A stretch of DNA of 64,000 bases, from NCBI RefSeq assembly GCF_009914755.1, contig NC_060937.1. The stretch is one strand, 5' to 3'. The notes below the pieces were generated by a model that ran no database searches, had not been told where the DNA came from, and saw nothing but the letters and a program-made list of their open reading frames with translations. The position numbers and the translations under genes are program-made. Of the stretch, positions 49,157 to 64,000 are shown in pieces (the first letter of the stretch is position 1; each line of letters begins with the position of its first letter). This stretch comes from the human T2T-CHM13v2.0 reference genome, Homo sapiens.

Positions 49157-50292
49157 TGACAGTGCTTAAGACATGCTGTCCCAAAATATGGCACCTTGGC
49201 TTTTGGAAAAACAAAAACACAGAAGCAGGAAGGTCACTTTGACCATCTCCCACTCTTTGTTCTGGAAGCAGGCCATAAAACTTAGGAAGGTCACTCTCTG
49301 ACCACCTCTTCCCTTTCTCCCCTTGAAGACCTTCATGTGACAAGTGTCCTGCCCTAGACCTGGAGAAAAGGAACTGTTACACAGGAATGCCAACAAGAAT
49401 CTGAACAAACAGGCCTTGCTAAGTTCCTCCCATTCACCATTGGATACTACTGCCCTTTTGTTCTCCAGTCATACTTCTGCACTACTGTTCATAAAATTAT
49501 GCAATTTCCCATTTCTTTGGGTCTTCACTTCTGCAGACTGGCATGTCACGTACAACATATTAAATTAGTATGCTTTTCTCTTCTCAGTCTGTCTGTTGTT
49601 ATAGGGGTTTCAGCCCTGAACCTTGTGATAGGTGAGGAAAATATATTACTTTTTCTCTTCTACATTTTCTGGCACATAGAGTGGCAGAGACATCCTACTG
49701 GCTCTGGAGTCTGCAAATGAGATCCTGGGAAAACTGACAAAGTGCTGGCAGAAGGGTAAGAACTCTTACCGAGGACAGCTCTCTCAGATCTCTGTAGCTC
49801 CCTGTAGAGACTGAAAGTTTTTTTTCCTTGGCCAGCACAATGGCTCATGCTTGGAATCCCAACACTGTGGGAAGCTGAAGTGGGAGGCAAGAGGATTGCT
49901 TGAGCCCAGAAGTTTGAGACCAGCCTGGGCAACATAGACCTTACCTCTATAAAAAGTTTAAAAAAAATCAGTTGGGCATAGCGGCATGTACCTGTAGTTC
50001 TAGGTACTCAGGAGGCTGAGGCCAGAGGATTGCTTGAGCCCTGGAGGTTGAGGCTATAGTGAGCTCTGATCTTGCCACTGGAAAATTTATTTTTTATTGT
50101 CCCTTTTTTGTTTTAGATTTAGATTAGCAGGCGAAATACTTCATACCCTCCACCTCAGATTGGGAGGTGTGTGGAGTATTTCACCTGCTAATTAATTTTT
50201 TAACTTTTCTCTTGTTAATCTGTCTTTTGTTATAGGAATCTCTGCCATGAACATTGTGACAGGTCAGAAAAATATTACTTTTCTCTCCTACA
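49157..50292 (+). mobile_element. MER4-group ERV1 remnant: 5' LTR (49157-49663), leader stub, last ~90 bp of the 3' LTR
   Basis: TG..CA termini, 4-bp TSD ATAC, TGGC PBS-like motif after the LTR, duplicated LTR end AAAATATTACTTTT..CTACA. Confidence 0.75.
49830..50080 (+). mobile_element. AluJ, 3'-truncated
   Basis: Alu body stops at GCCACTG with no A tail. Confidence 0.88.
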
Positions 50293-50819
50293 ATACAAAT
50301 ATAGATAGGCCCTTTCTATTGGATTTTTACATAGAATAAAATTACCATAAAGAGAGATTACTTGTAGAACAATGACTATAATTCTTTTTAACTGTGTACT
50401 GGCAAATTGTTTTCCAAAAGTTTTCTTTAATATATGCTGACATCAACACTGTGTATATTTTGTTAGTGTTACATGATCTAATTTTAAAGGCAACAATTAT
50501 TAGTTTTTATTAGGCAGATGTTATATAATCTAAAAGTCAATAATGATTATTCATCATAAGATGTTATTGTTTTAAAAAATTGCATATTTTTTGTTACCGG
50601 TGAGGCCAAAACCTTTAATATTTTGTTTATGCATTGTATTTTTGTTAATTGATCATCTGTATTTTTGTTCATTGAGCTGCCTGCCTTACCATTTAAATTA
50701 TTTGGTTGTTGTTCCTTAAAAAGTTTAAGGTTTTGTGGAGTTAAATTTGTTAATTATTTCCTTTTGTTGTTTCTACTACCTTTAAACCTTTAAAAGTCAT
50801 TACTTCTCCAAAGACCTGA

Positions 50820-51135
<316 letters not shown>

Positions 51136-51384
51136 CTTTTCTAGTTCTTTATGATTATTGGATTTATAAAGGCACTGTACAAAAAACATTTTTGTGTAGA
51201 ATGTAAGGTAGATCTCCATGCCTTGTTTTTTGCCAACATTTTAACCATTAATCCTGTGAAAGATTTTTTTATAGTAATCAGAGCTGTGCAGAAATGGAGC
51301 AGTTCACCAATCTTAGAGGAGGACCATATACTGAGCACTCATTATTTGTATTTTAAGCTCCAAATGGGTTGAATTGAATTATTG

Positions 51385-51508
51385 TTATTTAGAGACAGGA
51401 TCTTGCTATGTTGCCCAGGCTGGTCTTGAACTCCTGGCCTCAAGCAGTCCTCCTGCCTTGGCCTCCCAAAGTGTTGGGAATTACAGACATGAGCCACCAT
51501 GCCTGTCC
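51385..51508 (-). mobile_element. Alu monomer (FLAM-like)
   Basis: single reverse arm. Confidence 0.8.
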
Positions 51509-51988
51509 TGGAAGATGTTTTAAGAACTCTTTCAAACTTGAAGTTCAAGAAAAAGATGTGTTTAGATGGGAAATTAAATGTGTCTATTTCTCATTTATGA
51601 GAGATTTCTTAAGAAAACTAAACTTTATGGCTTTCCAGATGACTAATTGCAGAGGATTGTGATAAAAGTAATTTTAAAAACTGAACTAATGATTTATTTA
51701 GAAAGTATTTTCTATCCACAAGAAGTAGTTTGCTTAAAGTCACAAGTCAAACTCCTCACAGTTGATCATTTGTTAGTCTTTACAAGTGACTGTCTGAAAA
51801 ACTTACCTCTTACTGTTTGACTTGCCACAGAGAAGAGCTAACAATGTATCTTTTGGGTATGTAGAGAGAAAGCTTCTTGGTCCTCCAGTGAATTTGTTCT
51901 CTTATCAGGTACAAACCCCTCTTCAGTGGAAAGTAGTACTCAATTGTTCCCAGTCTGAGTGGTTTCTGATGGAATTTTTTACAATCAC

Positions 51989-52293
51989 TTTATTTTTTAT
52001 TTTTTTGTGACAGAGCCTTGCTCTGTTGCTCAGACTGGAGTGTAATAGTGTGATCATTGGTCGTCACAGCCTTGATGTCCTAGGCTCAAGTGTTCCTCCT
52101 GTTTCAGCCTCCCGGGTAGCTGGAACTACAGGCATGTGCCACCATTCCTGGCTAATTAATTATTATTATTTTTTTCTTGTAGAGACAGGGTCTCTGTTTT
52201 CCAGGATGGTCTTGAATGTGTGGCTTCACACAATCCTCCCATCTCAGCCACCTGAAGTGCTGGGATTACAGGCATAAGCCACTGTGCCCAGCC
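51989..52293 (-). mobile_element. AluJ
   Basis: diverged reverse Alu. Confidence 0.88.
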
Positions 52294-52367
52294 TACAGCC
52301 ACTCTAAATTCTACATTGACTACTGTTGTTCATTGTCGGCACAATGGAAAGCAAGGTTGTTTTGTAC

Positions 52368-53364
<997 letters not shown>

Positions 53365-53400
53365 GTACCAGAAGTCTAGTTTTACAGTAGCATATTTCCG

Positions 53401-53899
53401 TGTTAGACATCAAAATATGCCACACTAAAATAAGACTCAAACTTTTCATAAAACAAATTTACATCTACGAAGGGAATCTTCATTTGTAAGGTTGTCACTC
53501 TGTCCCCACACTGGGAAGAGGTTGACTAAATCTCTAGAGACTCCAAATCAACGGTGAAGGTACTGACTTAAATCTGCCGTGCAAATTTTTCTTTTGTTTA
53601 AGGTGATTTACCTGCCCATTCTGTTTTGACTAGGCGTTTTCTCACAGCCTTTTTGCTTTGTTTCACAGAACAGTACTTAAACTATACCTTTGAAATCAAC
53701 TCTAAGGATTTACTGATTTCTCTGCATTATCTTTCATGTATATTTTCCAGGGAGATGTACATATTATCAGATATTCAGGAAGTGTACATGTTATTAAACT
53801 TCTATTTGCTTTTTTCATGTTAACCTGTTTTTTGTTACAGAGAGTCCCACTTAAGAACTATGAAAGGTAGACAAAAAAATTATTTGTATTTTCATACAC
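53401..53899 (+). mobile_element. ERV1 LTR (MER34-like)
   Basis: TG..AAAATATGCCAC start and MER4-group 3' motifs. Confidence 0.55.
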
Positions 53900-53952
53900 C
53901 TGTATCTGGAAACAGGATGGGGCAAAAAATAAGATAGTTTACTCATTGGGGA

Positions 53953-54638
53953 TGTTGGGGCTCAGAAAACAGTATCCCACAATATGGCACTTCGTTATAC
54001 TGGGTACTTTGAATTAATGGCAATTGAAAGGCCTTGGAACCAAGGTCTCCCTAACTTTTGCTTGCCCCCATTTTCTTTCAATTCCAAAGTTCAGAAAGGG
54101 ACTTTCTCTGAAGTTTTCTTATCTGACAGAAGGAAATTCCTCTAAAAGGAATGCAATTGTTACAAACCCTGTTTCTGGAATCTACAATAACCAGAAAAAT
54201 TAACTTGTATTGCAGGAGAGGAGACTAAAAGGACTCCGCACACAGGCCACTATGCCCTGACAGACTTTTCACCAATTCTTCTGAGGGCTGCTCAGAACTG
54301 GTGAGAAACCTGTTTGGGCATAGTGACCTAAGAGACTTTATCTGCATAATAAGATAACCTTTGTTCATCATGCATTTCCTTCCCTCACCTTCCACAGCTT
54401 GTGTCACCACTTCTCCAACAGAAGTCACTATTTTTTTTTCTTTTGGTGGCTCAAAATGCTATTTAAAGTTGAACCATCTGAACTTTCTTTGAGTCTCATA
54501 TTTTGTGGTACTCCCATGCATACACACATAAGTTTGTATGTGTTTTCTTCTATTTAATCTGTCTACTGTCAAGTTTACTTCAGAAATTCCTATCGTCAAA
54601 CTTTCAGACAATAGAGGAAAAGTTGAAAACATTCCTAT
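53953..54638 (+). mobile_element. ERV1 LTR (MER4 group)
   Basis: TGTTGGGGGCTCAGAAAACAGTATCCC..ATATGGC start. Confidence 0.7.
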
Positions 54639-54729
54639 GGAGGAAAAAAAGCACTAGTTATCTCTATTTACAAACAGAAAAACTGAGCGTAGAAAAATTA
54701 ATATCTGATCTATGTTGTCAGTAGAAGGG

Positions 54730-54900
54730 TAACTTATTTCCCAATTACATAGTGATTATTAGGTGCCAGGTATAATTCAACCCTGTGAGGTTAGCATTAT
54801 TTTTATTCCCATTTTAAGATAAGGAAGCTGAGGCTCAGAGAAGTTAAGTAACTATCTCAAGTCACAGGAGTCTGGCTCCATAGACTGTCCTGTTCACCAT
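54730..54900 (-). mobile_element. MIR
   Basis: CCCATTTTAAGATAAGGAAGCTGAGGCTCAGAGAAGTTAAGTAAC. Confidence 0.85.
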
Positions 54901-55049
54901 TCAGTAAGGCTAGGACACGAAAGAAAATCCTGACTTGTGGGGTTAATCCTCTTTCCATTAAAGGTAAGTGCACATTCAGTTATCTCATGAATAATCAAAG
55001 CCATATTTACATTTCTGTCCAATGTATTCTTGAAAAAAAAAAAAAACAA

Positions 55050-55934
55050 TCTCTTCCTTCTCTTCCAGGTTCATTAGCTTGTCTGTAAATTAAATTGACA
55101 TAAGGCAGATTAACAAGAGAAAAACAATTTTAATTACGTACATATGCATGAGAGTATGCATATGAGACTCAAGCTAGATGATTGAGGCTTATATATCAAT
55201 CTGAGCTACAGAGAGGAATAGAGGTTTGGGGTATCCTGGGAAATAATGGAGACACATTATGGAAGGGTGAAGAAAAAAGCCCAATTCAGATGAGATGGCT
55301 AAGAAAAGCACCTTAAACAAATGTAAGGTTTCTCTATTTGATTAAGAGTCTGTAGGGATTTAGTCATCCTTTTCTTTCTGGTGCAGAGGAGACACCCTTA
55401 CAAATGAAGATTTCCCTTATAGATACAGATTTCTCTTACAAAAGGGTAACTTTCCTGAGCTTCTGTATCTGCAGTTTGTGAGAATAACCAGCTTAAAGTA
55501 ATCAATATGCCAAAGAGGCATATATTTTTTATTTTTATATACTTTAAGTTATGAGATACATGTGCAGAACATGCAGGTTTGTTACATAGGTATACACATG
55601 CCATGGTGGTTTGCTGCACCCATCAACCTGTCATCTACATTAGGTATTTCTCCTAATGCTATCCCTCCCCTTACCCCCTACCCCCACCCCGACAGGCCCC
55701 AGTGTGTGATGTTCTCCTCCCTGTGTCTATGCATTCTCATCGTTCAGCTCCCACTTATGAGTGAGAACACGTGGTGTTTGGTTTTCTGTTCCTGTGTTAG
55801 TTTGCTGAGAATGATTTCCAGCTTCATCCTTGTCCCTGCAAAGGACAAGAACTCATCCAAATAGGCGTATTTTAGGGGTGTATACTCTGGCCTCCTACCA
55901 TCATATTTGGGATGGCATGTTCTGAACCCTATCA
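55050..55934 (-). mobile_element. ERV1 LTR (MER4 group), interrupted by L1
   Basis: GGCAGATTAACAAGAGAAAAAC..TTCTGAACCCTATCA, the reverse of the 49157/53953-type LTR ends. Confidence 0.65.
55525..55856 (-). mobile_element. L1PA 3' end
   Basis: TATACTTTAAGTT..CATGTGCAGAAC; TSD CCAAAKAGGCRTAT. Confidence 0.9.
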
Positions 55935-56083
55935 GTACCTACTCTATCAACTATTTCATCACGTGCTCCTACCAGTCATACACTTGATCTAATGCTTGTT
56001 TTATGTGACCCCACCATAAAAGGAAAAAATCAATTCCATTCTGTAATGAGATGAACTACTGGTACATAAGGTTACAAAGTACT

Positions 56084-56697
56084 TGCAAATGAAAAATAAA
56101 ATTCTAAGGCCTCCCAACCATGTGAATGGACTCCATTGTCTTGGCCAGGGCACTCCAAAGTTAACCTGAAAGACTAGTTCAGGCCATGACAGAAAGTAGG
56201 GGTTAGACATGCCTCATTATGCTCTCCTCTCCTTTGGAATTTAAGGAAAGCTGACCAGCATTTAATATCAAGACAGACCTTAAGTCTGAAAAGAAACATG
56301 TATAATCTATTCTCTCTGAAGCCTGCTACCTGGAGGCTTCATTTGCCTGATAAAACTTTGGTCTCCACAACCTCTTGTCATATCCCAGACATTTCTTTAT
56401 ATTGATGGCAACTCTTTCAACCAAATTGCCAATCAGAAAATTTTTAAATCTACCTATAACCTGGAAGCACCTGCTTTGAATTGTTCTGACTTTCTGGACC
56501 GAACCAATGTACATCTTAAATGTATTTGACTGATGTCTCATGTCTCCCTAAAATGTATAAAACCAAGTTGTGACCCATCCACCTTGGGCACATGTCATCA
56601 GGATCTCCTGAGATTGTGTCATGGTTGTCACCTTAACCTTGGCAAAATAAACTTTCTAAATTGATTGAGACCTGTCTTAGATACTTTTGGTTTCACA
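56084..56697 (+). mobile_element. MER4-family solo LTR
   Basis: AAAATAAAATTCTAAG..CCAAAGTTAACCTGAA; TG..CA termini; TSD TACT. Confidence 0.87.
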
Positions 56698-57914
56698 TAC
56701 TGAAACTTTGAGCTGGAAGCCATATTCTTTAAAGGATACATGTATTAAAGCAGGCTTTATTTGTTTGGCTGCTTCAAAGACGTAGAAAGGAAATCAAACA
56801 CAAATGTGGTCAGGTTAAAAAGAATGGGAAGATCTTCTTGCATTCTCTCCTATAGGAAGTTGGAAGAGGACCACACTAATCTTGTTCTCATCACTAGGCT
56901 TATTCACAAGTAATACGAAGGCAAGGATAACCCTTTGTCAACCAAAAGAGATAAGGAGACTATCTTAACATTACGTTATTGAATTGACTATGAAATAGGA
57001 TGCAGATAATTATTAGTGATTTTCCCCACTTCTATTATAACCTGCATTCAATTGCTGCAACTATAAAATATCAGCTAACTTTGCTGTGACTCATAGAAGA
57101 GAAGGAATCATGAGCTTATAAAAATTATCTTCTATCTTTATTCTGTTGGATCTCTTCTTTCCTTCTTAAGTTACATTTTGAAGAATTATGCTAAAATGTT
57201 TGGTCATTTTGTGTTTCTTTGAAATATCTAATTCTTAGGTTTTCCTGATTTAAAAAATTAGAGAAAACAGAATACAACTTAAAATGTCAATGTTTGTAAC
57301 AGAGGTATCAATATTATTAGTATACCCTGTTCTCATGATAAAATATTTACTTTTCTGTAAAATGAACTCAAGCATTTCTTTAACCAGAACTTTGAGCTGC
57401 CTGCTTATGAGAACTGCAACATATGGTTTTCCTCTTCCACTTTTTAATATTTTGGTCTCCAGTGAATCCACATACAAAAGCTTCCTTCCTCTAGCTGGAG
57501 TCCACAAATGAAAGGCTTTTCTTCTTCTGATTGTAGATTAGCCTGCCAAGAAACAAACATGAGCTGGAGAACATCACTTTAATTTATTGATGGGATACAG
57601 ATGACACGGAAGTCTGTCCTCTTCTAGGCTTTTGGGAACACTTTAGGCTGACCCAGCACAGCTGAGTTCATACGGCAAAGACAGCTTTTGCCAAAAACCA
57701 AAGCCAATAGTCATTGCAAACCTCTGAACCAAAACATTCCTTAAGTGCTTGAATTTCCCTATAATTTGTGTAGGTTCCCTTTTTGTCAATGAAGCTAGCA
57801 GTGGATAACTAGCTCAGCGCAATCAGACAAAACAACTGTACCATTCATTCAGTAATTAGATGATAGCTGTACTGCATACTTTATGGTTTCCGTTCTTCAT
57901 TCTTTCTTTTCAAG

Positions 57915-57993
57915 ACCTTGGAGACAAACTGGGATGTTTGGCAAAGCAGAAGTTCTTGTTGAAAAATATCCTGTCTTTACTTCAGGGTTGCTA
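57915..57993 (+). other. candidate exon (79 nt)
   Basis: pyrimidine tract TTCTTCATTCTTTCTTTTCAAG acceptor and GTAAGT donor in unique sequence. Confidence 0.22.
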
Positions 57994-58547
57994 GTAAGTC
58001 CTATTCTCAGAGGCAAAACATTAGCTGCACACAGCAGGAGAGGATCAGCCAAGTTTAAAAAAGTTTGGTTCTTATTTATATTACCTTTTGCCTCACTTTA
58101 CAGTTCTGCCTTACTCAACACTGAAGAAGGTTTCTAGTCTTATATCTAACAGGATGTAATGAATTTGATACATGAGCTAAATGCTTACAGTCGATCTTAC
58201 ATAAATTTTAAAATTTTCAGATATAAAAGTTTTATGAGAAGTGAAGTACAAACAGAAAGATAGAATAATTAAATGGAGAGGAAGTCTGTGTGATTAGAGT
58301 TAATCTGCTTTGAAGAGCACATGGCAGATTAAATTACTGCTTGGGCTAAGAATGGTGAGCTAATGCTTTTTCTTTTTTGCAAACTGTTTTTGTTTCTGAA
58401 ACCACTAGAAGTAAAAGGGAGGGAAACTTTCTACAAGAAAACTGTAATACACTCTTAGATTTTGTTGCCATTACTGCCTTTAAGAGGTAAAGGTATCACA
58501 TTCATGAAGTTGATGCTGCCTGCTGCCTGCACTGAAGATTATCTGGT

Positions 58548-59030
58548 CCTATTAGTCAGGGGGCTTGGTTGCAAGTGACATAGCTTAAGCTAGTTGAAGG
58601 AAAAGAACAATGGTTTTGGCTTTTCTATCTAAACCAGGAAGGGCAGGAGTAGAGCTGTCTTTAGGAATATCTCAAATCAGCGATCTAGGTCCTCATCAGA
58701 ACTTTTTCCTTCCCTTCTCATCACTGCTGCTGCTTTGGCTCGACCTCCTGGGGCCATCTGGAACCATAGCTAGAAATGTGGCTAATGAAATATTTAGCCT
58801 CAATTACAGCTCTGAGATCAAAGATTTGAAAATTTGAAACTCTTCTCAAATTCCAGATGACCCAGGACAGTACTATGATTTGCCTGGCTTGAAGATATGT
58901 CCCTTCTCTTGAATCTGCCACTTTGGACACTGAGATGAGACATAACTGGCCCAGCCTAGGTTGCAAACCCATCCCTGACTTTGATGCCAAGGGCTCGGGA
59001 CATGTATCCAGAACAAGGAAAGGAGGACAG
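58548..59030 (-). mobile_element. old MaLR LTR (MLT1J/K/L-like)
   Basis: ATTAGTCAGG..GGTTGCAAGTGAC start. Confidence 0.6.
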
Positions 59031-59476
59031 AGCAAACAAAAATAAGAATCATTAGAAATTTCTCACTGTTCCTTAGGTTATCCCCTCAAAAATAGTATTT
59101 GATATTTAGAAATGTGTTGGGATTCTTCTCTGAAAATATGGTATGACTGAATATACCAAGTAGATTTTACTTGTAATATTGGAAGGCAGGAGGTAGTCAG
59201 CTGAAAAGGAAATGGTGTTTGTAGTCCTTGATTTGATATATGAGCACAAGAAAAATTGTATAATTCGACTGAGGTTATGCTTCCCTTGTACTCTAAAGAA
59301 ACATTTAAAACTTTTTTTTCTAAGTTTACTCGATGGGAAAGTAGTACCTGCAGTACTATTAAATACAATCTAATTTTTCTCATTATTGAAGTGTAAAACA
59401 AATTGGCTTGAAGGCCAGGTTAGCCATAGTGTTCAGCAGAGAAAGGGGTGCATAAAACTGTCACCTTGCTCCAGAG

Positions 59477-59665
59477 CAGGGGTTGTCAATTTTTTTCTAT
59501 AAATGGTCGGGTAATATTTTTGGTTTTGCCAGGCATATAGTCTCTACTGCACCTATTCAAGTCTGGTCTTGAAATAGAAAAGCAGCCATATGTAAATGAA
59601 TGTGTGTGGTTGTATTCCAATAAAACTTTATTTACAAATACAGAATGTGGGCATTGTCAACCCTG
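59477..59665. mobile_element. MER58-like hAT MITE
   Basis: TIRs CAGGGGTTGTCAA / TTGTCAACCCTG; AATAAAACTTTATTTACA. Confidence 0.8.
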
Positions 59666-59784
59666 ATATTTATAATATATGTCAAGGAGGTGTACAAAAA
59701 TAAATACTAAATAAATTCTATGTATTAGCATTTAGAGGTATGCTTGAGTGACCTAAGAGTATAGTTTTAGAAATCGCTTGATCT

Positions 59785-60098
<314 letters not shown>

Positions 60099-60659
60099 TC
60101 AGAAGATTGTCTATTAAATGTAGTAAATAGAAGTTTAAAAATGCTAATTCTTGGGTAAAAACGTAATCACAATTAAACTATTTCCATTATTGGGAAGTGC
60201 TTGTAGATGTGCTGCTTATTTTGTGTTAAAATATTTTTCAAGAATGAACATAACATTGATTGAAATTAAAATCCAATATAAACATTTGGAAATAAATGTG
60301 CTTTTTACAGTATGTGGGCATACCTAACTTTTTACTTCTGGGACAAATAGTTACTGGCAACATATATGGTGAGCAAATTTGTTCTTTTATTTGTAATGCT
60401 TGCAGTCATGTGGGTGTACCATTATTATTTGACATTTGAAATATGTCTCAATTGAAACATGAAACTTTTTCATGAACTGAAAAACTTGGAACTCCTTCAA
60501 GCAGAGGATTATTTTTACAAAATAACATTCAATATTTCCATTATATCTGTTTATTTTTAGGCATTAGGTAGCTATAAAAAATCACTTTGGGGCCAATTTT
60601 GATGTACTTCTTAAATATAATTGTACCAAATAAGAAAATATATTTTTCATATTTCATGC

Positions 60660-61275
60660 ACTCTCAGATGCACTTTTTTTTTTTTTTTTTTTTTTACATT
60701 TTAAGCTCTTTGAAGTCAGGATTCTTCTAATGATGGAAAACAACTTACAAATTGCTGTCTGCTAGGTTGCAGTAATGAAACAGTTGTAATTACCTGCATG
60801 AAATTAGTCTGAAAACTCTCCTTTGGAACTTTAGTGTAAGATTCAGAAAGTCAACACGAATATTTATGGTATGAGGAACCGGGTCATGGAAGAAAATTCT
60901 CCAGACCGTGGGGGAGTATTCTTTTAAGGAAAGTGCATGACACCGACATTGATTTTGCAAAGGAGAGTTGTGTGTGGAAAGTCATAGACACTGGTGATGC
61001 TCAATCAAACTTTGATTTAGAAGAGCAGGCTTTAAATGCAAAGAACTTTGGAAATGCCTTTACTCATTTATTTTGCTACTATATTCATTTTACGTATACA
61101 CAAAAGTAATATACAATAAAAATCTATCTAAAGAAGTCTAAAATAACTCTTCTAACAAGTATAATCACTGTAAGTGATAAAGCATTCTGTCATAGTTTAA
61201 TTGGAAGCATTTTTCTTAGTGGTATATAGGAAAATGGGGCTTCCTACAATCAATTATGTATTTGATGCAATGACA
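60660..61275. mobile_element. possible old Tigger-family DNA element
   Basis: GATGCACTTTT..ACATTTTAA..TGAAGTCAGG and CTACAATC motifs recalled from old Tiggers. Confidence 0.35.
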
Positions 61276-61564
61276 TAAAGCAATATATACATATATTTAA
61301 ATATTAATAAATGCCAACTTTACTTCCTATACTTGCAGTGACAACAACAATAATAATCACATAACTGCTCTTATTAAATAAAATCCAACTTGTTAACTAA
61401 AAAAGCATAACCACTGCAGCATCCATTTATTCATACATATCTCACTGACTCTTCCAAAACACAGCTTGAAAAGATCCAGCATGAATGCTTAATTTCAGTA
61501 CACTGAATTTAAGACCAAATACACACTGTATAAGTACCAAGGCTAAATTGTGATCATCATTACA

Positions 61565-64000
61565 TTAGATTCTATATCTTTGCTATTATGAATAGTGCTG
61601 CAACAAATGTGGGGGTACAGGTATCTTTTTGATATATTGACTTTTTTCCCTTTGGATAAATACCCACTAGTGGGATTGCTGGATCATGTGGTAGTTCTAT
61701 TTTTAGTTTTTTGAGAAATCTCCACACCATTTTCCATAATGATAGTAATTTACATTCCCACCAAAGTGTTTAAGAGTTCCCCGCTTTTTTTCACATCCTC
61801 ACCAGCATCTGTTATTTTTTGTTTTTTTGATAATAGCCATCCTAGCTGGGCTGAGATGATGTCACATTGTGGTTTTGATTTTAAGTTCTCTGATCATTAG
61901 TTTAAGCATTTTTTCATATACTTGTTGGCTGTTTGTATGTCATCTTTTGAGAATTGTCTACTGGGATTATTTGTTGGTTTTCCTGTTGAGTTGAGTTCCT
62001 TGTATATTCTAGACACTAGTGGCTTCTCAGATAAATAGTTTACAAATATTTGTCTCTATTCAACAGGTTGTCTCTTCACTGTGTTCATTGTTTTCTTTGC
62101 TGTGCAGGAAGGTTTTAGTTTAATTTAGTATCATTTGTCTATTTTTTTATTGTTGCCTGTTCTTTTGAAGTCATATACATGAAACCTTTGCCTAGACTAA
62201 TTCTTAAAGTGTTTTCCCTAAGCTTCCTTCTGGTAGTTATATAGTTTCAGGTCTTACATTTAAGTCTTTAACCTATTTTGGGCTGATTTTTGTATGTGGA
62301 AAGAGATAGGGGTCCAGTTTCTTTCCTCTGCCTACAAATATCCAATTTTCGCAGCATCATTTCTGGACAAGAATATCCTTTCTCCAATGTATGTTCTTGA
62401 GACCTTTGTCAAAATCAATTGTCTGTAAATATGTGGATTTATTTCTGGATTCTCTATTCTGTTGCATTGGTCCATGTGTCTGTTTTTGTGCTGGTACCCT
62501 GGTGTTTTGATTACTATAGCTTTCTAATATATTTTGAAGTAAGGCAGTATGATGCCTCCAGTTTTGTTCTTTTTGCTTAGGATTGCTTTGGGTATTTGGG
62601 GTCTTTGTTGGTTCCATATGAATTTTAGGATAGTTTTTTCTATTTCTGTGAAAAATGACATTAATATTTTGATAACGATTAAATTGAATCTGTAGATTGC
62701 TTTGAGCAATATGATAATTGTAACAGTATTCTGATCCATAAGCATAGAATATCTTTCCATTTGTTTGTGTCCTCTTCAATTTCTTTCATCAGTGTTTTGT
62801 AGTTTTCTTTTTAGTGGTCTTTCACTTTAGTGAAATTTATTCCTAGTATTTTACTTTATTTGTAGCTACTGTAAATGAGATTGCCTTCTTGGTTTCTTTC
62901 TTAGTTCATTATTGGTGTATAGAAAATGCTACTGCATTTTGTATGTTGATTTTGTATCCTACAACTTTACTGAATTTAGCTTTCAGATCTTAGAGTCTTT
63001 AGGTGGAGTCTCTAGGTTTCTCTAGATAGAAGATTACATCATCTGCAAAGGGGGACAATTTTACTTCCTCTTTTCCAATTTGTATGCTTTTTATGTATTT
63101 GTCTTGCCTATTGTTCTGGCTAGGACTTTCAGTACTATGTTGAACAGATCTGGTAAAATTGGGCAGCTTTGTTGTGTTCCAGCTCTTAGAAGAAAGGCTT
63201 TCAACATTTCCCTGTTCAGTATTATGATAACATTACATTAGTCATATATAGCCTTTATTATGTGGACATGTTTTCCTTCTATGCCTAGCCTGTTGAGAAT
63301 TTTTATGAAGGGTGGTTGAATTTTATCAAATGTTTCTTCTGTGTGTATTGAGATGATCATATGATTTTTGTTCTTCATTCTGTTGATATGATGTATCACA
63401 TTTATTGATTTGTGTATACTGAACCATCTCTACATCCCTGAGATAAATCCCACTTGACCATGGTGTGTTATCTTTTTGATGCACCATTGGATTGGATTTG
63501 CTAGTATTGTAAGGATTTTTGGATCTATGTTCCTCAGTGACATTGACCTGTAACTTTCTTCTTTTGCATCCTTGTCAAGTTTTGGTTTTGAAGTAATGCT
63601 GTCATCATAGAATGAGTTAGAAAGAATTCCTTCTGCTTCAATCTTTTGAAATAGTTTGAAGATAATTGGTGTTAGTTCTTCTTTGTAAGTTTAGTAGAAT
63701 TTGGCAGTGTGTAAACTGGACTGGGCTATTCTTTGTTAGGAAATTTCTATTGCTGATTCAATCTCATTGCTCATTATTGGTCTGTTCATGCTTTCTATTT
63801 CTTTCTGAATCAATCTTGGTAGGTTGTATGTGTCCAAAAATTTACACATTTCCTTTGGATTTTCCAGTTTTTCAAGTATATAGTTGTTTTTGTCTCTGAT
63901 CTTTTGTATTTTTGTGGTATCAGTTATAACATTTTCTTTTTCTTTCCCAATTTTGTTTATTTGGGTCTTCTTTTCTCTCTCATCCCTTTTTTATTAGTCT
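61565..64000 (-). mobile_element. L1MA-like ORF2 region (runs off the window)
   Basis: ORF2 remnant [26 protein letters not shown]. Confidence 0.9.

Overview
Primate (human or great-ape) nuclear DNA, AT-rich and dominated by interspersed repeats. I recognise no intact protein-coding gene, and no rRNA, tRNA or CRISPR array. Main content: about 20 Alu/FLAM copies; several large minus-strand L1s, including a full-length L1PA15/16-like copy with a 14-bp TSD; a near-complete Tigger1 split by later insertions; an internally deleted HERV-K(HML-6)/LTR3 provirus retaining gag, dUTPase, protease, RT and integrase remnants; two-LTR MaLR elements (MLT1D-like, MST-like); a cluster of MER4-group ERV1 LTRs at 49-57 kb; and a 1.5-kb polypyrimidine VNTR that produces all the long ORFs in the track. 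The most unusual signals are fine-scale DNA-repair fossils. These include a perfect 90-bp palindrome with a re-copied core, a 50-bp inverted templated insertion that preserves the empty pre-integration site of a nearby Alu, a ~145-bp templated copy of an LTR end plus its flank, and fold-back hairpins at rearrangement junctions. A few candidate plus-strand exons are noted but unproven. Subfamily names are from recall of consensus sequences, not from a database search.
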